A stretch of 53,902 nucleotides of DNA, taken from a virus (Duplodnaviria > Caudoviricetes). Under the pieces are notes generated by a model. That model had not been told where the DNA came from. It saw nothing but the letters and a program-made list of their open reading frames with translations, and made no database searches. Within the stretch, counting starts at the first letter, position 1. Each line of letters opens with the position of its first letter. A program made the translations under genes and the position numbers. This document shows, in pieces, positions 19,074-28,379 of the stretch. The stretch spans positions 1 to 53,902 of the IMG/VR virus record IMGVR_UViG_3300042335_000111; one strand, 5' to 3'.

Positions 19074-20375
19074 ATGAATTACCAACCATGTCCTCCATGC
19101 GAGCCAGCGTTTCCAATATTCTGCGATCCGCTACCAACAACGAACGAGGGAAAACGAATTGTTGTAGAAGACTCGGCATCTTGCCAAAAAACAATTCAAA
19201 CTCCAACAACCCAATCGTTGTTTGGAGTCAAATCGACATCTAACATTGGGTGGATTGAATCTAAAAATGATTCATTGGTTTGCGCTGACAGCACTGGTAA
19301 CATCGAGTTTCGTGATGGTTCACTTACAAGCCCAATCAAGTTAAGCAATATAGCATCTGATACAGCTTATACTGCGCCTGCGATTATCGTAATGCTCGCT
19401 GATGGCAGTATCCAGAAATGGAAACCAAACTCGACTACTGACAACTTCATAGCATACTGGGACGGCACAGAAAAGCAATGGAAAACAAATAGCCTTAATA
19501 ATCTGCTTCCATCTGGACAAGGCGTTCTAATCCGAAATACATCTGGTTCTCTTGCTGTTGTTTCTAATGGAGTATCTGGTTCTACGCTTCAGATGGTTGG
19601 AACAAGTATCCAGTTTGTTTCATCTGGATTGAGCCAACTTCCTGCTGGTCACATTTACGGATTGGTATTGTCGAATGACTCTACCTTGCCAAACGATGAT
19701 ATTAACATCACGACTGGGCAATGCAGATCGGCAGACAACACAGCAGACATTGTTTTGACATCTTCTCTTACAAAGAAAACTACGTCAGTATGGGCGCAGG
19801 GAACAAACCAAGGCGGAATGGATACCGGAGTAAGACCAGCAAATGGAACGCTCCATGTGTATGCTATTTCTAACGGAGCAACAAATGATGTTATCTTTTC
19901 TCAAGACCCATCGGCTCCACAACTGCCCGGAGGATATACAAAGTATCGCCGTATCGGCTCTGTTACAACTGATGGAGCATCTGCTGTTCGCCAATTCAAA
20001 CAATACAACGACAGATTCCTTTACACTGGTAAACCAATTGCTGATGCAACGAATGCAGCAGTAAGCATCGGGGGCAGTCCATTTACTCTTACAGTTCCTA
20101 ATGGAATCAAAGTGTTCCCAATGTTCAACTGCTATGGGCCTAACCTTCAGCTTGCATACGATCTTGATTCAACATGGACTGGATCAAATACTCCAGCAGC
20201 TACCAATGGTGCGGGGAATGTTCTATTCCAATCTAACAACGGGGCATCTTCTTATGTTGGTATGTTTGGCATTGCTACAAATACAGCAAGGCAAATTGGA
20301 ATTGATGTTAGTGTAAATACTACTGTTTACATTGATACATACGGATGGTTTGATAATCGCGGTAGGCATCAATAA
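19074..20375 (+). CDS. Tail-associated structural protein
   Basis: LPGGYTKYRRIGSV-type fibre/baseplate segment; module position. Confidence 0.6.
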   Translation: MNYQPCPPCEPAFPIFCDPLPTTNEGKRIVVEDSASCQKTIQTPTTQSLFGVKSTSNIGWIESKNDSLVCADSTGNIEFRDGSLTSPIKLSNIASDTAYTAPAIIVMLADGSIQKWKPNSTTDNFIAYWDGTEKQWKTNSLNNLLPSGQGVLIRNTSGSLAVVSNGVSGSTLQMVGTSIQFVSSGLSQLPAGHIYGLVLSNDSTLPNDDINITTGQCRSADNTADIVLTSSLTKKTTSVWAQGTNQGGMDTGVRPANGTLHVYAISNGATNDVIFSQDPSAPQLPGGYTKYRRIGSVTTDGASAVRQFKQYNDRFLYTGKPIADATNAAVSIGGSPFTLTVPNGIKVFPMFNCYGPNLQLAYDLDSTWTGSNTPAATNGAGNVLFQSNNGASSYVGMFGIATNTARQIGIDVSVNTTVYIDTYGWFDNRGRHQ

Positions 20376-20377
20376 AT

Positions 20378-22399
20378 ATGCCATCTGATGGATCAGTATT
20401 TGACGGATTTACAAGTATCATAGCGCAAGACGCAGATACTCATCCATCATATTTGCCAGAGTCTGTAGTTGCAGAATCTGTAAATAGAACATTCCGAGGT
20501 GGCATTAACCGAACAAGGCCAAGCATTCGGAATATTAAAATTGTAGCTGGAAGTGGACAGGATGCAACTATCGTTAACGATATTCAGACTGGAAACTTTC
20601 AAGGGGCGCATCCATACAGGGCGGTAACTTATGATTCAGTAGATGGACTACTTATATCGGTATCTGGAATTATTTACTTTTTAAGAATAGTAAACGGAAC
20701 TGCATACGCATATATCCTAAAAAGAGATAACAAAACATTTACTGAGTGGAATGATGCAAGCCTAATGCACACATGGTTTGTGCAGGCCGAAGATAGAGTT
20801 TACATTCAGGATGGATACCAAAACCCCATTGCGTGGGATGGCAAGTTAACAAGTGAGGCATATAGGTTAAACCCATACGAAAAGAAGATGCCGATAGGCA
20901 CTATCATGGAGTATGCTTTTGGGAGGGTATTTGTATCTGACAAGTTCAATAATATCTATGCGTCTGACATTATCTATGGTAATGGATTTACAGACACAAA
21001 GAATACGGAGAACTTTACCGAGATAGGATATTGGGCAGAAGGTGGGGCATTCACAACTCCAGCCATGATGGGTAACATCACGGGGATGAAAGTAATGCCA
21101 TACATTGGATCAAACCTTCGCGGCCAAGGCGAACTTGTAGTCCTTACTGGTAACGGAGCTTTCTCAATGGATGTAAGCATTCCAAGATCATTATGGAATA
21201 CATCTAACATTCAAAGAATCTCATTGCTTGGGCGCGGATGCACAAGCCCGTATGTTACGCTTGTAAACTCTGAATTGTGGTTTAGATCACACGATGGTTG
21301 GGCATTCTACTCCAATAGCCAATCACAATTCGCTCAATACTTCTCGCTTCGCAAATTATCAAAAGAAGTAAACAAATGGGTAGAGATTGATACTGATTGG
21401 TTGAAGCAATTTGCAAGCACAATTTATTTCAACAACTATCTAATCAGCACAGTAAGTCCGCAAACGAAGAAGAATGATGCCAAAGGACTTCATAGGTATC
21501 ATAGGGGGATGGTTGTTCTTGATTTGGATCAATCGGCAACTCCTGCGCCAGACGCACAACTATCTTTTAGGTGGAATGGATTGTGGACTGGTATAAGACC
21601 AACCCAAATGTTAACGGCTTTGATAGCTGGTCAAAAACGGGGGTTTGCATTTTCGTTTGATGAAGACAACAAAAACAGGTTGTATGAACTAACAGATAAA
21701 TACGGAGATGATTACTCTGAAGTAGGAAATTCCTCTATCGAATCATTCTTTATTACTGGCAAGTATGATTTCAATAGAAGCGGAGCTACAAATAAGTTCA
21801 TCAGAAAGAAATTGACTGGTGGAGAAATGTGGTTGTCGGAAATCAAAAGTGAAATCATAACTTCTGTTGATTACAGGTCTGATTCTAATCCATGCTGGAA
21901 TGAACTTAAAGTTCCAACGGCATTTGGTTGTCCTCCATGCACTCCAGTAACTACCAGACCATGCACTCCAGTAACAACTGGCTCGATTTATAAAAGGTAT
22001 AAATTCAATACACCAGATATAAATGTCTGTAATGCTATTACTGAGATACCTTCAGCAGAAGGAAGTGAGTTTCAAATAAAAGTAAACCTTGTCGGAAGCG
22101 TGACTGTTGACCGAGTAAGATTGATGGCAAACATCAAGAACAACGATGACTCGCCAGTTGGTGATTGTCCAGAAAATCAATACGAGTGCATTCCTTCACA
22201 GTGCTGCCCAGAAAGATATTGGGATTACAAAATATTTAAAGCTGAAGAAGTTGGATTTAACTACGATCCAGAAAGCGCACCAATCCCAATTGAAAGACCG
22301 CAACCTCCAGTGCCGCCTGATCCCGGCCCAGAGCCGCCAGAACCACCAGAGCCACCACCAGATTCAGATTTGAAAGTATTATTTGCTACTTGGGTATGA
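20378..22399 (+). CDS. Tail nozzle / stabilisation protein (putative)
   Basis: ~670 aa, beta-propeller-like composition, tail module position. Confidence 0.55.
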   Translation: MPSDGSVFDGFTSIIAQDADTHPSYLPESVVAESVNRTFRGGINRTRPSIRNIKIVAGSGQDATIVNDIQTGNFQGAHPYRAVTYDSVDGLLISVSGIIYFLRIVNGTAYAYILKRDNKTFTEWNDASLMHTWFVQAEDRVYIQDGYQNPIAWDGKLTSEAYRLNPYEKKMPIGTIMEYAFGRVFVSDKFNNIYASDIIYGNGFTDTKNTENFTEIGYWAEGGAFTTPAMMGNITGMKVMPYIGSNLRGQGELVVLTGNGAFSMDVSIPRSLWNTSNIQRISLLGRGCTSPYVTLVNSELWFRSHDGWAFYSNSQSQFAQYFSLRKLSKEVNKWVEIDTDWLKQFASTIYFNNYLISTVSPQTKKNDAKGLHRYHRGMVVLDLDQSATPAPDAQLSFRWNGLWTGIRPTQMLTALIAGQKRGFAFSFDEDNKNRLYELTDKYGDDYSEVGNSSIESFFITGKYDFNRSGATNKFIRKKLTGGEMWLSEIKSEIITSVDYRSDSNPCWNELKVPTAFGCPPCTPVTTRPCTPVTTGSIYKRYKFNTPDINVCNAITEIPSAEGSEFQIKVNLVGSVTVDRVRLMANIKNNDDSPVGDCPENQYECIPSQCCPERYWDYKIFKAEEVGFNYDPESAPIPIERPQPPVPPDPGPEPPEPPEPPPDSDLKVLFATWV

Positions 22400-23667
22400 A
22401 ACTAAATACCATATTAAAAGAAAGAATTTCCAATCTTTACCATACAACTTCAGACAACATCATCAGTGTTGGACTTGGGAGAAAAACCAAGAACGGAGTT
22501 GAGACGGAAGAGATTGGAATAGTGTTTGGTGTTTTGAAAAAGATACCAATCAATGATCTTCCGAAAGATGAAATTCTTCCAAGGAGTATTTTTGTAAACG
22601 GACAGGAATATCAAACGGATGTAGATGAAACCGAAATTCCTAAAATGTGCGTCTGCTATTCAAGTGGCGATCCAGAAATAGCAAGGTTACAAAACTTGGC
22701 TACAGCACCATCTCCATTAAAGGGAGGGCAGGAAATTACTATGTATCCGAATTACTTTACTCCAACACAAAGGAGTCTTGGAACATTAGGATTTATCGGA
22801 ACCGATAATATAGACGGAAAGATTGTAGCTGTAACAAATGCTCACGTTGCTTGCTATAAAAAGTTAATTGCATCACAAAGGGATTATATCGAAGAAGAAT
22901 CATTGCCATATAACACAGCAGAAAGATACCCACTTTACGATAATACATTGCAATACCCAAGTGGAGTAATGAAGAATAACGCAACATTCGTTACTCCATT
23001 CCCACGAATCAAAAGATATATTCCGCATTACAAAAAAGATGAAGGAATAAACTATGTTGATGTAGCAATATACACAGTTCTTGAGGAATACATTAACAAT
23101 GATTCTTATCAAGTATGGCAACCAACAACAGTAACGACCTATCCATCTTCATTGCCATTTGCATCAACAGCAGAGTTAGACAATCTACTTACAACAAACC
23201 CATTGGTCTATAGCACAGGTAGAACAACTGGCCCTAAAGGATATGGTTCATCCCCTTCATGCCGATTGAGAATTACTGGAATGGGAATAACAACTGATGT
23301 CTCAGATGGCGGTGAAGGATTCGTAGGAACATGGAGCGATACTGGGAGGATTCAATTTCAAGATAATAGTCCATCTCCAATTCTTGGTGGTGACTCTGGT
23401 TCATCTGTGCTTGCTGATATTGGCGGACAAAGAAAAATCATAGGGTTAGTGTTTGCGGCTGGAGGAAACCTTGGCGTATTTTGTCGGATAGATAGGATTG
23501 TAGAAGCTCTAAACATCAGTGCGTTCTCCACACCAACAAATACTCAGCAGTCCGAACCATCATTATTTACTGGCAGTATTTCTCAATATGCCAACACAGT
23601 AAAGCTGACGAGAAACGGGAAAACATACTATCAAGTTGGCTTGACACGCAACACATATAATGGCTAA
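22396..23667 (+). CDS. Trypsin-like serine protease with a Nal1-like N-terminal domain
   Basis: VTNAHV (His), YVDVA (Asp), GGDSGS (Ser); N-terminal VGLGRK..G..TEEIGIVFGV..K.P..TDV. Confidence 0.8.
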   Translation: MKLNTILKERISNLYHTTSDNIISVGLGRKTKNGVETEEIGIVFGVLKKIPINDLPKDEILPRSIFVNGQEYQTDVDETEIPKMCVCYSSGDPEIARLQNLATAPSPLKGGQEITMYPNYFTPTQRSLGTLGFIGTDNIDGKIVAVTNAHVACYKKLIASQRDYIEEESLPYNTAERYPLYDNTLQYPSGVMKNNATFVTPFPRIKRYIPHYKKDEGINYVDVAIYTVLEEYINNDSYQVWQPTTVTTYPSSLPFASTAELDNLLTTNPLVYSTGRTTGPKGYGSSPSCRLRITGMGITTDVSDGGEGFVGTWSDTGRIQFQDNSPSPILGGDSGSSVLADIGGQRKIIGLVFAAGGNLGVFCRIDRIVEALNISAFSTPTNTQQSEPSLFTGSISQYANTVKLTRNGKTYYQVGLTRNTYNG

Positions 23668-23676
23668 ATGTAAATT

Positions 23677-24168
23677 ATGGACAACCAAGATTCCAGTCCT
23701 CAGTTAATATTCCCAAATGTTCCAGATGATTTTTGTCCAACTGGAACATGGACTGATGTTCTACAATCATTCATAGATCAGGTTCTATCTAACGGAACGA
23801 TCAATGTGCCGGGGTTGGGTGATGTGACTCCACAGCAAATTCAAGATTTGAAAGCCGAGGATCAAGACTTACAAAATCAAATAACGGCAACGAATCGTAG
23901 AATTGATGACCTCCCTACAATTCAAAAGATATTCCGTGGAGAAACTGGCGTAGGAGCATCTGATGCTACCTATACGATTGCACTACCAGAAACTCTTGCA
24001 TCAAATAATTACTCTGTAATTTTAACTCCAATTGCTACGGAAGCAGGAACTGCTACAGCAAGGGTATATGAGGTGACATCAAGCAGGACGACATCTCAAT
24101 TCAAATTTATCGTTAGAGCAGCGGAAAATGTTACTACGTTGGTAGCATGGACTGTTATCTATACATAA
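23677..24168 (+). CDS. Virion structural protein
   Basis: Short coiled coil plus a beta-rich C-terminus, in the tail module. Confidence 0.55.
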   Translation: MDNQDSSPQLIFPNVPDDFCPTGTWTDVLQSFIDQVLSNGTINVPGLGDVTPQQIQDLKAEDQDLQNQITATNRRIDDLPTIQKIFRGETGVGASDATYTIALPETLASNNYSVILTPIATEAGTATARVYEVTSSRTTSQFKFIVRAAENVTTLVAWTVIYT

Positions 24169-24193
24169 AGCAAAAACTAAACAAATAAAACAT

Positions 24194-24352
24194 ATGACTA
24201 CACTAAAAGGAACAGACCCTAAACTCGTTAGCGGCGGCTCACCAACTCGCGGCATGATCCGTGAAGGTATGGGCAATATGCCTAACTTGGGCAAGAAAAA
24301 GCCAAGCATCTACACGACTGCTGGCACTCCAAAACAAGGCTACCAAAAGTAA
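24194..24352 (+). CDS. Small basic protein, 52 aa; absent from the ORF track
   Basis: MTTLKGTDPKLVSGGSPTRGMIREG...; A-rich leader like that of the capsid gene. Confidence 0.6.
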   Translation: MTTLKGTDPKLVSGGSPTRGMIREGMGNMPNLGKKKPSIYTTAGTPKQGYQK

Positions 24353-24367
24353 TTATCGTTTACGATA

Positions 24368-25333
24368 ATGGGTGACACGCTAAAAGAAATGATAGAGAGC
24401 GTCCGCAATTTTGTGGGCGACTCTGGAACTTGTTCAGATGATCGAGTTGTTAAAGCTATCAATGATGCTCGTCGCCTTTTATGGAATAAACGAGATTGGA
24501 CTGTAAATTCAGAATATGTCTGCATATCATGTGCAGATGGTGGATTTACTTTGCCTAATAGATATGAACAGCAAAAACTCGCTTGGATAGATGGGGTTCC
24601 AGCTACGCTTGCTGATGAATGGTTCAACGCAACTCCGATTGCGCGAGGCTACACAAAAGAAAGAAGTTGTCATAGGGCAATTGTAGAAGTAGGTGGAAGA
24701 CACGTTCTCTTCCAAGATTATACAGTTAGCCCTTACTTTCTTTCTATTGTGATAGAAGATTACAGGGACATTGGAACAGAACTATCATTTGATGTTATTG
24801 ATGAGTATCAAAGCAATCGACATATCACGATAGTTGCTGGCGCACCTCCGACTCAGGTATCAAATGATGTAAGAATTGTTGGTGTTAGGTCTGCCAGTAA
24901 ACCAATGACTGCCGGGCGAGTTCGTGTTTATGCACAGAACCCTAACATAAATCAAAGATTGTTGTTGGCAATATATCATCCCGACGACGTTAATCCATCT
25001 TACAGAAGGTTTCGATTACCTAAAAACTCAAGCAACATTGTAATATACGCAGCAAGAAAATACTACGATTTGGTTTATGATTCTCAGTTAGTAGAGTTTT
25101 CTGTTGATGCAATGATATTTGCAGTAACCGCGCTTAACTCGCGTGAAAATCGTAAGTTGCAAGAATTTATGAGCAACTTGGCTCTTGCCGTTCAAGAGCA
25201 AGAAAAAGAATTGGAAGGCGAAGAAATCCCAACAGCAGCACCAATCCGAGTTGCTAATTATAGCAGGGCAGACAACCTAATCGGTGCTGATATATTGTCA
25301 CCAACACCCAACGATTATTTCCTCTATCGATGA
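24368..25333 (+). CDS. Head-tail adaptor (putative)
   Basis: TLKEMIESVR..VVKAINDARRLL helical N-terminus typical of adaptors. Confidence 0.55.
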   Translation: MGDTLKEMIESVRNFVGDSGTCSDDRVVKAINDARRLLWNKRDWTVNSEYVCISCADGGFTLPNRYEQQKLAWIDGVPATLADEWFNATPIARGYTKERSCHRAIVEVGGRHVLFQDYTVSPYFLSIVIEDYRDIGTELSFDVIDEYQSNRHITIVAGAPPTQVSNDVRIVGVRSASKPMTAGRVRVYAQNPNINQRLLLAIYHPDDVNPSYRRFRLPKNSSNIVIYAARKYYDLVYDSQLVEFSVDAMIFAVTALNSRENRKLQEFMSNLALAVQEQEKELEGEEIPTAAPIRVANYSRADNLIGADILSPTPNDYFLYR

Positions 25334-25818
25334 CGCTGACAATTCCAGACAAGATTGAAGCAAAGAGCGTAATTGGATATGGTGATCCAAACTACGAGCT
25401 AAACTTGATGGACTTGGAGATTCTAAAACTACCTCCACGGGAATGTCCGCTGGTGCATAGGTTCACGCCGGGAATGTATATTCGGGAAATCTATATGCCG
25501 AAGGATACGATTCTGACAAGTTTACTCCATCTCACTACCCATCCATTCTTCGTGATGAAGGGCGATGTGACAGTTTGGTATCATGGCATCCCTGCCCACC
25601 GCTACAAAACGGGCTACAGTGGCATCACAGAAGCAGGAACGAGGCGTTTGCTGGCTACTCACAAAGACACAATCTGGACTACCTGCCATGTCACAGACTT
25701 AACTGATCCAGATGAAATTATTGACAGCATCACTTCAAGAGACTTTAATCCCCACATCGCCAAGGAAGACCCAAGGGTGCAGAAGTGGCGGCATAACCGA
25801 ACCGACTTAATCAAATGA
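25330..25818 (+). CDS. Phage cupin-like protein
   Basis: HRFTPGMYIREIYMPKDTILTSLLH..HPFFVMKG. Confidence 0.7.
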   Translation: MTLTIPDKIEAKSVIGYGDPNYELNLMDLEILKLPPRECPLVHRFTPGMYIREIYMPKDTILTSLLHLTTHPFFVMKGDVTVWYHGIPAHRYKTGYSGITEAGTRRLLATHKDTIWTTCHVTDLTDPDEIIDSITSRDFNPHIAKEDPRVQKWRHNRTDLIK

Positions 25819-26873
25819 GATTCCTTCAACATCCAGAAGATTTATTGAGAAACAAACATCCAATGATGTTTCACTCCAGCGGATTTGCTATTGCTGCTGG
25901 TGTGGTTGCTGTAGGTGCGGCGGCAGGGTCTGCGGCTATCTCTATGTCGGCGGCAGATCGAGCAAAGAAAGGTCAAGCGGCAGCATCTAAACAATTTCAA
26001 AAACAACAAAGAAAAGCTACGAAAGGTTTTCTTAAAGGACAAGAACAAGTCCAAGGAATGATAAGTGAAGTTAAAGCTCCAGAGTATAATCTTGGAGCAA
26101 TGCTTGGTGATGCTGGTCAGATTTCAAATTACTATCGTCAGCAACTTGAAACATTTCAACCCGGAGCAGCACAGCAACGCCAACAAGCCCAAGGACAAAT
26201 CGGGCAGGCAATGGATGTTATCTCGCAATATCTTAAAGGAGAAGTCCCGCAAGATGTCAAAGACCAGATCATGCGTAATGTTGCTGAGAGTGCAGGAGCA
26301 GGGTTCAACCCAGCAACGGCAGGACAAGCTGGTGGATTCCAAGCAGCACAAGGTCAGATGGCGCGTAACCTTGGACTAACCTCACTTGATATTCAAGGAC
26401 GAGGATTGGCAGCAATGCCATCAGTTCAAAATACAGCAATGAACTGGCAGAATTTAGCGCGAGCATTCAGAGCAGAACCACTTGATGTAGGAAGACTACA
26501 ACTTGGTTATCAAACAGCAGGAGCAGAAGTCGGATTGCAAAAAGCCAGAATGACTGGTGATATGTATAATAACATCTTCAATGCACAATCTGGATTGGCT
26601 ACGCAAATCTACGGAGCAAACAAAGAGAATATCGCCGCAAGTTACGCCGCACAGCAAGCAGTCGGCCAAGGTGTCTCTGATATTGGACAAGCTACATCTG
26701 GTGCTTTGATGGGATATAGTAATATGTTAGCCGCACAACAAGGGCTTGGTGGCATGGGAGGAGGTGCTGGAGGATATGCTTCGATGGGACAAGCACAGCA
26801 AGCCGCACCATACGCAGGAAGCATTAGTCAAGTTTATGGATCGGGATATGTCCCAAGAGCAACAGCCGTGTAA
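25815..26873 (+). CDS. DNA ejection / pilot protein (putative)
   Basis: A/G/Q-rich with a hydrophobic N-terminal segment. Confidence 0.6.
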   Translation: MRFLQHPEDLLRNKHPMMFHSSGFAIAAGVVAVGAAAGSAAISMSAADRAKKGQAAASKQFQKQQRKATKGFLKGQEQVQGMISEVKAPEYNLGAMLGDAGQISNYYRQQLETFQPGAAQQRQQAQGQIGQAMDVISQYLKGEVPQDVKDQIMRNVAESAGAGFNPATAGQAGGFQAAQGQMARNLGLTSLDIQGRGLAAMPSVQNTAMNWQNLARAFRAEPLDVGRLQLGYQTAGAEVGLQKARMTGDMYNNIFNAQSGLATQIYGANKENIAASYAAQQAVGQGVSDIGQATSGALMGYSNMLAAQQGLGGMGGGAGGYASMGQAQQAAPYAGSISQVYGSGYVPRATAV

Positions 26874-26879
26874 AATACT

Positions 26880-28379
26880 ATGTCTATCGCAGAACTCATA
26901 ATGCAGGGAACCAATCGCTCATCGGAATCTACCGCATGGGTTGGAGATTCTTTGGCTAAACTTGGTCAGAATGTAGGTGCAGCATTGGCACAGAGAGAGC
27001 AGCAGAAGCAAGCTCAAGAGATGCTACCATTCTTGCAGCAGAGTATGCAGGAGTCGATGACACTTGCAGGAAAAGGACAGACTGGTGATGCGTATGCTAA
27101 GTTGATGCCGTTTCTGACTGATCCCTCAGTTGCGCGGAATCCGTTTATGATGCCAGCATTGGAAGCTGGAATAAAGATGAATCAAATTGCTGCTGATGAC
27201 TTCCTACGCAAGAGTCAGATTGAAGCGTATAAAGATCGTTATGCTGCAAAGACTAACAATGTAGTTGATCCACAAAGTTTCTTGGATACAATGAATGGAG
27301 GCGATGGTGAAATCCTTGAAGTTGATGAGACAGTAAATCCAGAGGGAGTTAACCCTGTAGTTGCAGGTAGAATGCCCGGAATGCAAATCCCTACAACGGG
27401 TATTCAAACTCAGCGCGGGATGGGGATGACACCTAAAGGCATTGCTACTCAAGCATCCGCAGCAGGATTACCAGCAACTATGCCAACCGGAACTCCACAA
27501 ACGAGAGAAGAAATTGATGCGGCAGAAGCGGCTAAGTTACCAACAGATAATGCTCCAGCACCCCTTGCTCGCGGCCCACTTAACCCTGCAAATCCAGAGA
27601 ACGCATTATTCCCAGAACTACAAAAAGAACCGCCACCAAAAGATGTTCTTCAGAGGTTCATTAAATTTGAAGACAGGTTTGCAGCATTACCATTTGAAAA
27701 ACAAAAGGCAGAGATGGATAATAACTCCATTCTTTTCCCAAATAAAGAAATGCTGGCAAGCTATAAGCCCAAAAAAGGAAGGGGTCTTATTGAGATTTCT
27801 TCAGAAGCAGGCATCGGAGTTCCGGGGCTTGCTGGAGCTATTGAGATTCCAGAAGCATACAAACAATATATTGTTGGAAGCATAAATGTTAATCCTTCAA
27901 CTGGAGTAAAGAGCTATAGCCTTAGACCAGAAGTTGAAAATGATCCAAAAGCTAAAGCTGCACTTGGATGGTTGCAAGACTGGCAGAATGCTTCGATTGA
28001 AGTAAGTTCAAACCCACAACTTCGTGATCTTCTTTCACAAGCAGGCAATGATGCTTTGGCTATTGATGTTTTACCATTAGGAAAAAATTATCAAGGGGCA
28101 GAAAATAAATTTGAACTTTCAGTTAAGGGTAAACCAGAAACTAAAATTGAAGTTCCTCAAGTTACGGCAGATCAAATTAAAGTATTACGATCACAAACTG
28201 GTGCTGCGAATGTTCACAATGCTAAGTTTATCCGCTTGAAGACTGCACCTCAACCTAAAACAGCAACGGCAGCATCAGGGTATAAATCAAAGGAAGATGT
28301 AATATCCGCAATTAAATCTGGTAAATTGACAAGAGAACAAGGAAAAGGTATTCTTCAAAATCAATTTGGCTACAAATGA
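26880..28379 (+). CDS. Internal virion / ejection protein (putative)
   Basis: Lies between the pilot protein and the giant protein. Confidence 0.55.
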   Translation: MSIAELIMQGTNRSSESTAWVGDSLAKLGQNVGAALAQREQQKQAQEMLPFLQQSMQESMTLAGKGQTGDAYAKLMPFLTDPSVARNPFMMPALEAGIKMNQIAADDFLRKSQIEAYKDRYAAKTNNVVDPQSFLDTMNGGDGEILEVDETVNPEGVNPVVAGRMPGMQIPTTGIQTQRGMGMTPKGIATQASAAGLPATMPTGTPQTREEIDAAEAAKLPTDNAPAPLARGPLNPANPENALFPELQKEPPPKDVLQRFIKFEDRFAALPFEKQKAEMDNNSILFPNKEMLASYKPKKGRGLIEISSEAGIGVPGLAGAIEIPEAYKQYIVGSINVNPSTGVKSYSLRPEVENDPKAKAALGWLQDWQNASIEVSSNPQLRDLLSQAGNDALAIDVLPLGKNYQGAENKFELSVKGKPETKIEVPQVTADQIKVLRSQTGAANVHNAKFIRLKTAPQPKTATAASGYKSKEDVISAIKSGKLTREQGKGILQNQFGYK

